Shown here: one piece after another, positions 40,009 through 52,847 of the stretch
Numbering within the stretch: position 1 is the first letter of the stretch
Layout of the letters: every line of letters begins with the position of its first letter
The notes under the pieces: generated by a model
Database searches by the model: none
What the model saw: only the letters and a program-made list of their open reading frames with translations
What the model was told of the DNA's origin: nothing
Made by a program: the position numbers and the translations under genes
Assembly (NCBI RefSeq): GCF_006345805.1
Contig: NC_043003.1
Span: 69,440,001 to 69,504,000 of the forward strand
DNA length: 64,000 nt
Reading direction: 5' to 3'
Source: Octopus sinensis
Taxonomy: Eukaryota

Positions 40009-40376
40009 TTGCCTCTGTGAATCCCAACACTCAAAAGGAACTCATCTATTTTGCTTCCGTGAGGCCCAACACTTGAAAGAAACTCATCTGCTTTGCCTCT
40101 GTGAGGCCCAACGCTCAAAAGGAGCTCATTTGCTATGCCTCTCTGAGGTCCAACGCTCCAAAGGTACTCGTCTATTTTTGCCTCCATGAGGCCCAGCGCT
40201 CGAAAGGAACTCATCTGCTTTGCCTCTGTGAGGCCCAACGCTCAAAAGGAACTCATCTGCTTTGCCTCTGTGAGGCCCAGCGCTCCAAAAGTACTCGTCT
40301 ATTTTGCCTCCATGAGGCCCAATACTCAAAAGGAACTCAGCCACTTTGCCTCCATAAGGCCCAATGCTCGAAAGGT
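40009..40376. repeat. 42-bp minisatellite (9 units) inside an RTE-tailed repeat
   Basis: Consensus TTGCCTCTGTGAGGCCCAACGCTCAAAAGGAACTCATCTGCT; a single unit occurs in the homologous element at about 34518. Confidence 0.9.
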
Positions 40377-43235
40377 TAAAGTCTAACATTAACCTCTGCC
40401 TAGTCTCCAGAGTAAAAAAATAAATAGCTGCACATACAGTTCAAGAGTAACAACTGCAGGCAAGCTAATCAACAGAATCAGGTGCATCTTTTTTTTTCTA
40501 TGAGTGTTGTTGTTTGTTATTTCTTTACCAGAAATCCAGAAAGACAATGTTTAACCTATTCCTGCCATAGCAGGAATATGGTGTGACAGGGTTAAACATC
40601 CAAGCTGAATAAACTGAATAGCTTATTGGATCCTCGTACATTGAAACCAATGGGAGAGTCTATCACATATATTTAACACACTAATCATCTTTACATTTGA
40701 CCCTCACCACTGCTAGATAACCAGTGTTGGTTTGTTTATGTCCCCTTTAATTAGTGGTTTCATGAAAGAGACCAAAAGAATACAAGGATTTAAAAATTCA
40801 TTGAGAAGGCTTTGGTTGGACAGAGGCTATACTAAAAGACACTTGTCCAAGGTGCTGCACAGTTGGACTGAACTCAAAACCACTCTGTTCAGAAGCAAAA
40901 CCTCTTAACCCCACAGCCACAACTGTCTGTTGATTGACAAATTATGTTTTCGCCAGTTTAATATTTTACCAAGTTCATTAAAATAAATCATACAGATGTA
41001 TACAGGCATCATACATAAATCATAAAGATGTGCTGCATGGCACCTTGGGCAAGTGTCTTCTACTATAGCCTTGGGCTGATCAAAAGCTTGTTTTCATTTG
41101 TCCCCCACTACCACTAGTTCATTAAGATAACTGGAGTCGATTTGTTCAACTTAACCTTTCAAAATGGTGCCCCAGCATGGCCACAGTCCAATGACTGAAA
41201 CAAGAAAACGATTAAAAAAAAACTAAAAACTAACTTCTGTGCTTTTGTTAAAGTCAACACTGTAGGAAGGGCCACGGACTGGCACAGTTGGTAAACCAGT
41301 GGAGCCTTTAGGTTATGAGTTCAAATCTTTGCCAGACATAGTATCAGAGTATGGTGCACCCATACAATACATCATCTGTTGATATGGACATCTACTAAGA
41401 TAGCTATCAGCTTCAATTATTAACAGCAGCCTGTACGATCATATGAAATTTCAAGTATGATATAATATTTATTTGATAAAGACATTTAGGGCTCAAGGTG
41501 AAATTATCCATACATCAGTGAGACACAAAAGTAATTGAGAAAAGTAGAGCAGACATCCATTTAACTTACCTATCAATAAAACTAGATGATACTTTACACA
41601 TATGTTAGGTCATGTTTTGTGTTCAGTGCAAGTCACTTCATGCTACCAAAAGTTCAAATTGAAAGAATGAAGCTATGAAATATCAGTCAAAGTCAATAGT
41701 ACTAAGAGAAGTTTTGACACAAAAAAAAGACATCTAGATAATTACTTTAAAAAAATATATATATATATCTACTTAAAAGAATATATATCCTTTTATCTTT
41801 TACTTGCTTTAGTCATTGGACAGTGGTCATACTGGAGCACCACGCTGAAAGGTTTTAATTTCCCCCAGTACTTATTTTCAAGTCATATTATTCTATCAAC
41901 CTCTTTCACATAACTAGCACTGGTTGATGGGATGGGAAGAGGGAGTTAAATGCAATGACAGACATGCACTCAAAAAGGAACGGGCTTCCACACAGTTTCC
42001 ATCTATCAAATTCATTTACAAGGCATTGTTGGCCTTGAGGATATAGTAGAAGATACCTGCCAAAGGTGCCATGCTGTGGGACTGAACCCGGAACCATGTG
42101 GTCAGTAAGCAAGTGTCTCACCATACAGATACTCCTAATGTTCCCTTTTTCATGCCCGCATGGGTTGGACAGAGTTTGAGGCAGACTTTTCGCAGGTGGA
42201 TGCCCTTCCTGCTGCAAACCTCCACTTGTTTCCAATCAACCTTCAACTTTTTTTCCCTCTTGGTAAGCCGTGTTTGCACAGAATGTTGGAAATGCACAAC
42301 ACCACTTGTATGACAGTGACACACACACACACCTGTCACATGATGTCAAAACAAGGAGATACAAACACACACATGCAATGGGCTTCTTTCAGTTTCCATC
42401 TACCAAATCCACTCACAAAGCTTTGGTCAGCCAGGAAAAGACAGTTGCCCAATGTGTCACACAGTGGGACAGAACCCAAATACCAAACTTCTTAACCATA
42501 CAGCCATGCCAACACCTGTAATTAATCTGATGAAAATCTCCTTATGAAAATAAGCCTCATACCAAAGAAAGAGAAATTGATATTGATAAGCCAGAACAAG
42601 ACTGCACTAGCTTATAAGCAAGAGATATATATTTTGTCTCTTACATGTTGGTAGCTAAGCAACCAACAAGTTGTTATGGATAAATATAAATGAAAAGTTA
42701 TAAACAGCAGCTGAATGATGAGAAGCATGATTTAACAAATATAGTTAAAGCAACAGAATCATAAAAATTTAATTAAGTAAGGATGTTGTAAATCAGACAC
42801 AAAGTAGAGATGACCAATAAATGATTAAATATTATAACGTGTCATTACATATAACAATACATATTACATTCAATATCATAGGATATTGTTAACCAAGGTT
42901 ACATAACGACAACCAAAAGCTAAGCTATGTTGTTACTGACCAAATGTCATTGCTAAACGACTGATCATTTTTTTAATACAGGCCCCCTTATACACACAGA
43001 GAATTTCAAGATGATTTATAAGAAATAGCGAAGGTGAAACAGATAAAGGATTAGACCACTTCAGCATATATGTCAAGGATCTAAACAAGTTGCAGACATT
43101 TCACTGTTCCTGGACACCAGACCTTAACTCTACTTATCAATTCACCTAGCTAGCAAAACTTGCTTAAGTATTTTTCAACTCTATATAAGCTGACAATAAA
43201 CAACAATACTTTGGCTTTCTCTACAAAATTCTGCA

Positions 43236-43615
43236 GGAGTGGCTGTGTGGTAAGTAGCTTGCTTACCAACCACATGGTCCTGTGTTCAGTCCCACTGCGT
43301 GGCACCTTGGGCAAGTGTCTTCTACTATAGCCTTGGACTGACCAAAGCTTTGTGACTGGATTTGGTAGACAGAAACTGGAAGAAGCCTGTCGTGTGTGTG
43401 TGTGTGTGTGTGTGTGTTTGTGTCTGTGTTTGTCCCCCCAACATCACTTGACATCCGATGCTGGTGTGTTTACATCCCCGTAACTTAGCGGTTCAGCAAA
43501 AGAGACCAATAGAATAAGTACTAGGCTTACAAAGAATAAGCTCTGGGGTAGATTTGCTCGACTAAAGGTGGTGCTCCAGCATGGTTGCAGTCAAATGACT
43601 GAAACAAGTAAAAGA
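43236..43615 (+). mobile_element. tRNA-derived SINE family A, near-intact representative (about 30 copies or fragments in the window, both strands, e.g. 4178-4575, 6395-6765, 14960-15330, 33040-33355, 52615-53010)
   Basis: A-box TGGCTGTGTGG, B-box-like GTTCAGTCCC, conserved GGCACCTTGGGCAAGTGTC domain, internal (TG)n, GAAACAAGTAAAAGA tail. Confidence 0.85.
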
Positions 43616-46600
43616 GTAATGTCAAAGGACTACTTAAGTTGTTTTCAACAGAAAATACAAATACATTAGTGGTATTTATAGGTTATTATTGCATTCATCT
43701 ACACACAACTGCAGCAATCTACAAATCTAGCACTAATCTTGTTGGTAGTTGAAGCCCCCCAACCCCCAACCATCATCACCAATTGTCCAGCGTCTTTCCT
43801 AAAATTCACCGTCGGACCAAGCATCTTCAAAGTTCTGCTAAAGTTCTCCAGTTGCATTTACAAGCTAGTGTTTTGTTTTAGGTTTAAATAAGTACCTTTC
43901 ACCTTTTATCTTCAGCCTCTGGACTGCAGTCATGCTGCAGGTATGTTGGAGGACTGCTTTGAGGTTAAAAAAAAATCTCAAGTGAAAGCATATCTTAACT
44001 AAATATCTACTTGACTGCCTCTCAAAATATATTATTCATCTTTCCTACATTCACACCACACATATATAATTCATGAGGCATGAAATTACATTATACAAGA
44101 CACTGTAAAATACCTTTGCCAGATAAACCAGACATAATTGCCACATTGAGGACACTCAATGTACAGTCCTTTAGCTAATTACAGAATTTGTCTACAACAG
44201 CATTCATTATCAAACACCAAATATTTATCACTATGTTGGTGTGGACAGTAGCAAACTAGTCTAGATATTTTATATTGGAGATTTCCTTGCTGATCTAATT
44301 TCATATTCAACACATCAATTTTTAATCTCTCCTTCTAGAGTTCACAAAACAAGTACTGGTAAATGCTGGAGTTGATTCAATTTAATATATCTCTTCCCTA
44401 ACGAAAATTGACCATGTGTCAAGTCAAAAGAATATATTTTTTTTTTTAGCAATATAGAAAAGTTAGCATTTATGGACATTCTCAGCAACCAAATACATAA
44501 TTAAGGTGCTGGCTTATTAGCCCATACATTAGTAATAAGTTAAAAATTTATCAAATCCATATTTAGGTAAAACATTGGCAAGCAGATGAATAGCTGTGAC
44601 CAAAATCTTTCAGCTGAGCAGCGGCAGTTGATGTTAAAAATAGAATTAGTAGGAGTATATACATATAAAAAGATTCTAGATAGACTACTAGTAATCGAAG
44701 TGTACCAAATATTGATGAATAAAACAGCACTAGAAGCTTTCAACTGGCATCAAGTGAAACTGTAAACCAACACCTAGATATCATTAAGTTCATAGTAATC
44801 AGGATAGAAGAATTATAATGAAGATTATCAAAGACAGACAGAAGATCCTCTGTGAAATTGTTAATGCTCATTCTACTCTACATTCTCTCTCTCTCATTAA
44901 CAGAGGCATTTTGCTTTCCAGTCTAATATGTAGCAAATTCAAAGAAAAAGACAAAATGGTAATGATGTTGTCAAAAGACAAGAAAAATAAAACAGGCATG
45001 GAGGTGAGTTTTACTAATGTAAGATAAAAGCAAATTGAAAAAAATGTTATCTTAGTTGCGTGGGGGGAAAAAGGAATTATATCAGAATCGATATATTATT
45101 CATTACTGACTAAAATAAACGTTTCCAGTTTAAAATGAGTATTACTACAAACTACTGATTTTATTGAATTAGAATAATCATTTTAACAAGAAACAAGAAA
45201 GAATAGAGTAAACTTGCTGTGGGGAGTGGGAAATTGAACATTTTGGGACAAAGTCTTCTTTAGGGAAAAGTTGACAAAAGAGAAATCAATGAGAGAGAGA
45301 AGAGCTTTACATCTTCTAAGTTAGAAAAACTGGCCGCAACTGATGAGGAATGCAGGACCATGGAAGCATCATACAAAAAACAAGAAGTGGTTGGAGAGAG
45401 ACAGAGAGAGAGAACCAGGGTGAGAGAGGTAGAATTCTAATTTTGATTTAGTTCCAGGTTCGGTCCCACTGTGTGGAACCTTGAGCATCTACTATAGCCT
45501 TGAGCTAACCAAAGCCTTATGAGTGGAATGAATACATGGAAACTGAAAGAAACCTGTCGTGTGTGTGTATGTCCCCATCCCACCACCGCTTGACAACTGG
45601 TGTTGGTGCATTTATGTCCTCATAACTTAGCAGTTCAGCAAAAGATATCAATAAAGTATCAGGCTTAAAAGAAAGAAAAAAACTAGGGTTGATTCATTCG
45701 ACTACAAATCTTCAAGGTGGTGCCCCAGCATGGCCACAGTGTAATGACTGAAACAAGTAAAAGAAAATATTCTGCAGAAACTGGTGGACATTAGAAGGGT
45801 AGCCATGCATAAATCCTTTACAACAATTACACCTGCTTCTCCTCACAAAATGGAAATGAATATTGTAATAAAAGTAAAGTAAAAAAAATTAACCAGGTAG
45901 ACGAAAATGTAAAAAACCTGAAATAACTCTCTCGTTAATTACTAACCTGAAATATCCCAGAACTTTACTTAACCTTTTATAAAATTCCTCATACTCATTT
46001 AGTTCTTCAGGAAAGTCTCACTACATTATGTTCCCCTGAAAACTTCAATCTATGAATTATTTTTCTTACTTTCTGGACTTTCTAAATCAGGTGCCATACA
46101 TCAAGTGAATTATTTGTAAAGCATATAGCTGGCAGGTGTGGCTGTGGGGTTAAGACGTTTACGTCCCAGCCATGTGGGCTTAGGTTTAGTCCCACAGTGT
46201 AGTATCTTGGCTCCAGGCCAATCAAAGTCTTGTGAGTGGATTTGGTAGATGGAAACTGAATGAAGCCCATTGTGTGTGTGTGTGTGTGGTGTGTGTGTGT
46301 GTGTGTGTGCATGCACATGTAAACCTTTGTCCTGACATCAGGTGATGGTTGTAAACAAGCATTGCCATCATACAAGCAATGCTACTCATTTCTGGTGTTC
46401 CATAGAAAATCATGTTTAGCTATGGGGAAATATTACTTAGATTGGAACCAAATGAGGGTTGGCAACCAAAGATATTAGGCTGTAGAAAATCCACTTCAAC
46501 AAATTCCATCCAACCTATGCAAGCATGGAAAAGTGAATGTAAGAAATCGGTGATGACTTCCATGTTTGTTTATTCTTTTACTCGTTTCAATCATTTGACG

Positions 46601-47406
46601 GGCCAGGCTGGAGCACTGCCTTTAGTCGAACAAATCCACTCCAGGACTTATTCTTTGTAGATCTAGTACTTATTCTATCGATCACTTTTGCCGAACTGCT
46701 AAGTTATGGGGGACGTAAACACATCAACATCAGTTGTCAAGCAATGGTGAGGGGGACAAACACAGATGCACACACACATATATATACATGATGAGCTTCT
46801 TTCAGTTTCCGTTTACCAAATCCACTACTCACAAGGCTATCTTTTTTTGTCATTTTCTTATTCTCCTTCAAGATCAGAAGTAGACCATTTCTGTTAGGAT
46901 AAAAACTGGAAATTCATGGTCTAAAATATCAGCTTGACTCTTCAGATTATAAACGGAACCACCAAGTTGTAGAACTGTAAAAATCATCTTTTATCTGATA
47001 GTGTTTCAGCCACTGGACAGAGAGGTCACGCTGGGGCACCTCCTCAAAGGGTTTAGCTGAACAAGTCAACCCCAGCACTTGTTTTTGAGCCTGCTACTTA
47101 TTCTATCATTCGCTTTTCCTAAACCACTAAGTTACAGGGATGCAAACCAACCAATATGTTACCAAACAGTAGCAGGGAAGGTAAACACACACACACACGA
47201 TAGGCTTCCACACAGTTTCCATCTACCAAATTCACTCACAAGGGATTAACCAGAGGTTGTAGCAGAAGACAACTTGCCCAAGGTGCTGCATGGTAGGAAT
47301 GAACCTGAAACGATGTGGTTGCAAAGCAAGCTTCTTAGCCACAAAGCCATGCCTGCACTTATTTCCTGAGAAATAAAAAATATCTTAAATTATTTGTTAG
47401 ACTTAA

Positions 47407-47626
47407 CACTTTCGTTACCAATCCGGCTGAAACCAGCTCTGGCTCTGAGTACAAATGTCTTGTTTTTATAAGTTCTGAATTAAAATCTTCCACCAAACCT
47501 TAGTCACAATTTATATTCCTAATACTAGCTGAATGATAACTAAGTTATTTTAATAAATTCCTTGTTATATTTAAAGTAATTGAAAGAAACACAGAGCATC
47601 CCGAAGTAAATACAGCAATGAAAGGG
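47407..47626. mobile_element. TTAA-flanked (piggyBac-like) MITE, family 1, copy 2
   Basis: TTAA on both sides; internal sequence collinear with 12964-13186. Confidence 0.75.
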
Positions 47627-47854
47627 TTAACACACAATATCATTGACATTATAATTAACTATGGAAGTTATTTAAACTCCATGTCAGGAGTCTTTAGTTA
47701 GTCACTAACTTGTTTCCCTAACAAAAATACTGACAAAACAGAAAATAGACTTGCATCTAGTCACTGAATATTGCTTTGGACAACTACTCAATCATCACGT
47801 TATAAATAATGGCTCATTACAGAACAAGCCCCTCTCTTTTTACTCACTCACATG

Positions 47855-47889
<35 letters not shown>

Positions 47890-48542
47890 TATCTACAATA
47901 TCCATACAAGTTTTAACAGGTTTCATGATCTTTCAATATTATATACTAAAAATAATAGATTTCTGAATTGCAGCAATAATACTGCTGCAAGCTTAAAAAG
48001 AAATGTAAGACATAAATTATTACAATCATACAACATTGTCATTACACTACAGGGATTCATAATTATAGTGTGCAACAGCTAAACTGATTCATTATTGAAG
48101 AAAGGAAAAAGCAAAAACTGAATGGCCTCAAAAATGTCTGGTTATAAAAACCATTGAAGAAAAGTAGTGTATTAAAATGTTGGAAACATTTACTCTTTTG
48201 GAAGATCAAGGATTGCTTAAGAACAATAAACTTAACCTTAAAATTGAATGCTAATGATGTCTCAATTATATTAATTAGTTAAAAATAATTAATTAATAAA
48301 ATACAGTAAATTTCCTTTTATCCAGTACTCAATAACCAGACCTCTCAAGCAACTGGCACCCAGAAAAAAAAAAAAACTATCAGCAGCAGCATTTAATGTC
48401 TGTTTTCCATGCTGGCACGTGTTGGATGGTTTGACAGGGGCCGGCAAAGCCAGAGGGCTGTACCAGGCTCTATTGTCTGTTTTGACAAGACTTTTATGGC
48501 TGAATGCCCTTCCTAATGCCAACCACTTTACAGAGTCTACTG

Positions 48543-48863
48543 GGTGTCTTTTACGCGGTTCCAGCACGGATACTTTTTATGTGACAGCAGCATGGATGAT
48601 TCTTACGTGGCACCAGCACAAGTGCTTTTTTACGTGGCCCCAGAACGGGTGCTTTTTTTTATGTGGCACCAGCACAGGTGTTTTTTTATGCAGCACTAAC
48701 ACTGGTGCTTTTTTATGTGACACCAGCATGGGTGCTTTTTTACATGGCACCAGCATGAATACTTTTTTTATGTTGCACCAGCAACAGTGCTTTTTTTATG
48801 TGACACCAGCATGGGTGCTTTTTACGTGGCACCAGCACAGGTGCTTTTTATGTGGCACCAGCC
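48543..48863. repeat. About 26-28-bp minisatellite (about 12 units) inside an RTE-tailed repeat
   Basis: Consensus GTGCTTTTTAYGTGGCACCAGCAYRG. Confidence 0.9.
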
Positions 48864-50250
48864 CAGTTCTTATTGCATGAATCTTCTTCACTGTCACATT
48901 AAGAAAATCAAAACAAAACTTTCATAACAAATCTTTCTTTATTTGGATTAAAAAGTTTGTTTTGGTTTCCTTAATTGACAGTTACTTCCTCTCATCTGGT
49001 CACAGAAATCTCAAACTTTGCATTGGCATTAATCCAACACTAACATTACTTTCTTGTAACCTTTTTTATTTTTAAAACATAAAACTTTTGCTTGTTTCTT
49101 ATGATTTATCGTTGACAAGCAGACTTAACTAAATTCCAAATAACTGTAAAACTCAAAACACCAACAGCCAAGTGAAAACTGAAGGTTTTTGCAATTCTAT
49201 TAAGTCATTCTACTTCAATTCTAGTTACATAAAAACAATAAAACCTATATAAGTTATATATTTTTGTCCTTTCTTCAAATTCTATCCTAGAATAACTGAC
49301 ATAAATGCATTCTGTTATAGTTATTCAAGAGTCTATGTGTGAGGCATTGCACTGCAGAGTCATTCCTCTTATTAAAAATAGCAGCTAAATTTCTGTGAAA
49401 TCAAGCCCTGGCTCTTTATCAAATGACTGATACATAGGTTTACATGGTTCTAAATATATATATATAAAGATGATATGGTCATGGTTGGAAAGCCTCAATT
49501 AGGCTTTCCAACAAGAGACTATATTACTACTACTACTACTATTACTACTCAAGTCAAGAGACAACTATGTGGACCCTCGACTTGTAAGAAACAGCTATCC
49601 TCGGTCATAGGGTTGTGGCCTCGCTGGGGAACTGCCTTGAAGGGTTTACTCAAATACATTGACCCCAGTACATTTTTTTTTTAAACTCCAGTACTTATTT
49701 TATCAGTCTCTTTTACCAAACTGCTATGTTACAGGAATGTAAACAAACCAACACTAGTTGTCAAGCAATGGTGGGGGACAAACACACATACCTTAAGTGT
49801 GTGCATGGCTGTGTGTGTGTATATTACATGTATGTATGTACGCACACGCACACACACACACATGCACGCAATGGGCTTCCACAAAGTTTCTGTGTACGAA
49901 ATTCACTCATAAGGCATTGTTGGCCTGGGGTTATAATAGAAGCCACTTGTCTAAGGTGGCATGCAGTGGGACTGAACCCAAAACCATGTGGTTGCAAAAC
50001 AAGCTTCTTAACCAGACAACCACGCCTATGCCTTTATAGTTAACCTCCCAAACTTGTGTATCAAAACAGCAGCAACAGAGTGAAATAGATACGAAGTGAA
50101 ACCATTTCAAGTTTAACTTTTTTTCTAAACAAAACTTTTCAAGTGATTTGTCCTTTGGGACTATATCTACCATATCTATGTCTTGGCAATGCAAGCTACT
50201 CTGTATTCTAACTCCCAATCTAAATATTGAAAAATTAGGTTAAAATGTTA

Positions 50251-50336
<86 letters not shown>

Positions 50337-50349
50337 AGAGAGAGAAAAA

Positions 50350-50770
50350 GAGAGAGGGGCAGTGAGCTGGCAGAAACGTTAGCATGCCAGGCAAAATGCT
50401 TAGCAGTATTTCGTCTGGCACTACGTTCTGAGTTCAAAATTCCGCCAAGGTCAACTTTGCCTTTCATCCTTTCAGGGTCAATTAAAGAAGTACCAGTTAC
50501 GCACTGGGGTTGATATAATCAACTTAATCCGTTTGTCTGTCCTTGTTTGTCATCTGTGTTTAGGCCTTTGTGGGTTGTAACGAAATAGGTATTTCATCTG
50601 GCATTATGTTCGGAGTTCAAATTCCGTTGAGGTCGACTTTGCCTTTCATCCTTGCAGGGTCGATTAAATAAGTACCAGTTACACAGTGGTGTCGATGTAA
50701 TCGAATTAATCTCTTTGTCTGTCCTTGTTTGTCCTATCTATGTTTAGCCCCTTGTGGGCAATAAAGAAAC
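50350..50770 (+). mobile_element. tRNA-derived SINE family B, tandem pair (other copies mostly on -, e.g. 7225-7430, 9730-9935, 22360-22600, 33730-34250, 34590-34800)
   Basis: GAGCTGGCAGAAACGTTAGC A-box, GAGTTCAAATTCC B-box, CTTTCATCCTTTCGGGGTCG body. Confidence 0.8.
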
Positions 50771-50804
50771 ATACATACATACAGATATATATATATATAT
50801 ATAT

Positions 50805-51035
50805 ACCAGAGTAAGCACATAAATGTGAAACAAGGTGGAAAAACTAGTACTCGAATACCAGAGGTAGAGTAATATGCTTTATTATTAAAGCTGCAAGAAC
50901 ATCACAAAAGCTGTTACTCAGTTTCATGTTCCCATTCGTCAGATAGTTTTGATTGAGAATTCTCAACCAAAACTGTCTGAGAAACGGGAAACTGAGTAAC
51001 AGTTTTTGTGATGGTTTTGCAGCTCTATTAATAAA
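50805..51035. mobile_element. Penelope-like element remnant: inverted pLTR pair (palindrome 50878-51035 centred on GAGAATTCTC)
   Basis: About 78-bp imperfect inverted arms, each with a hammerhead motif; inserted beside a (TA)n tract. Inverted truncated pLTRs are characteristic of PLE insertions. Confidence 0.65.
50907..50950 (-). ncRNA. Minimal type I hammerhead ribozyme of Penelope-like (pLTR) type
   Basis: Minus strand reads AAAACUAU-CUGACGA-AUG(GGAA)CAU-GAAAC-UGA-GUA^-ACAGCUUU. Complete catalytic core, 3-bp stem II, very short stem III, stem I 6/8 paired. The inverted copy (50969-51006, +) has a perfect stem I but a deleted core. Confidence 0.75.
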
Positions 51036-52793
51036 GTGTGTGTGTATATATCATTATCATCATTTAACGTCTGTTTTCCATGCTGGCATGGGTTGGACAG
51101 TTCAACTGGGATCTAGGAAGCCAGAAGGCTGCACCAGGCTCCAATCTGATCTGGCAGTGTTCCTACAGCTGGATGCCCTTCCTAACACCAACCACTCCAA
51201 GAGTGTAGTGGGTGCTTTTTACGTGCCACCAGCACAGGGGCCAGAGGAGCTGGCATCAACCACAATCGCACGGTGCTTTTTATGTGCCACTGGCACAGAA
51301 GCCAGTCAAAGCGGCACTGGCATCGGCCATGTTTGGATGGTGCTATGTGCCACAGGCACGAGGGTCACAACTACAATTTCCAGTTAATTGTAATTTAATT
51401 TGATTTGATTTTGATATACTTGACTCAATAGGTTTTTTCAAGCATAGCATGTTGCCCTATATACTACCTACATATCATACACATTGTACCAGTGGCACTT
51501 AAACACCATTCAAGCATGGTTGACGCCAGTATCGCCTGACTGGCCCCTGTGTCAGTGGCACGTAATAAGCACCCACTACACTCTCAGAGTGGTTGGCATT
51601 AGGAAGGGCATTAGGAAGCCACATCAGATTGAAGCCTGGTGCAACCTCCTGGCTTGCCGGTCCTCAATCAAACCGTCCAACCCATGCCAGCATGGAAAGC
51701 GGACATTTAAACAATGATGATGATTATATGTATGTGTATATATGTGTGTGTATATATATATATAACAACTCTTGATTTTAGGAAACCCAAGTTTATTTTT
51801 GTGGTATGAATTTTTATTTTTATACTATTCACACACAATTGCACTAATGTATTTAAAGTAGCAAATAATTTTAAATTACAGCATTGAAAATCATTAAAAT
51901 CACACAGCCACAGACATTTACAATAATGAAACATAATAAATAGACCTTAAGTGATGAAATATCCAAACAGTTCCTAAATAACTTGATATTTAAATGGGTG
52001 GTGGAACGGTTTCCTCTAATAATAAAAACATGTTTAATAAATTCAGGAATTTGAGAGTGGAAAGGATATAGCTGGCAGTATATAAATACTAATGTTAACA
52101 TTTTTTTTAGACTTCTAACCTTTTTATATATCTTATAAAACATTGCTGAATTCTTAGTTAAGACTCAACAATCTTTGATATTACATTAAGATTCTCTTGA
52201 AAATTGAAATACAATATTTTTAAGCACACAATATTCCATTTTTATGTATTTGGTTTGCCAGTTTCTTGATATGAATTCCTGAGTTGAAACATTTTGTTGT
52301 ATCTTAGGAGGGTCTTTATGCCAATAATGAACACACACATTGGTTCTGTTTCATTTCTTTCATAATTATCAATCAATTCATTCACATTTAAGCAATTAAA
52401 AGTAATAATAAACTTATTAACTAATGAATTGTTTAATTAATCAATCAGCTAAGTTTATTGATTTAGATCACAAATGACAACGAATGGACTTTAACAAACC
52501 TAGTGATTGATTGACTGACCAAATGATTAATCAAACAATCAGTTAATTGGTTAAATGGTTAACCAATTGACAAAAATAAAGTGAAATTGAACCAGCTTGT
52601 GTGTTTATTATTGGCATACTGTGTGGTAAGAAATTTGCTTCCCAACTACATGGTTCCAGGTTCAGTCCCACTGCATGACACCTTGGACAAGTGTCTTCTA
52701 ATATAGCCTCGAGCCAGCCAAAGCCTTGTGAGTGGATTTGGCACACAGAAACTGAAAGAAACCTGTGATTGATTGATTGAGAGAGAGAGAGAG

Positions 52794-52847
<54 letters not shown>

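Noticed and set aside
40009-40376. CRISPR-like array (also 14021-14306 and 48543-48863)
   Set aside because: Head-to-tail degenerate units with no unique spacers, no cas genes, eukaryotic context, and located inside retroelements.
42520-42560. Second hammerhead candidate (CTGATGA...GAAA)
   Set aside because: No stem II or stem I pairing and no properly placed cleavage triplet.
43236-43310. tRNA genes at SINE heads
   Set aside because: A/B boxes are present but there is no complete cloverleaf, and each continues into a SINE body.
44103-44165. Exon-like segment encoding YIECPQCGNYVW (zinc-ribbon-like)
   Set aside because: Weak acceptor, phases do not fit the gene, and there is no second CxxC; likely chance.
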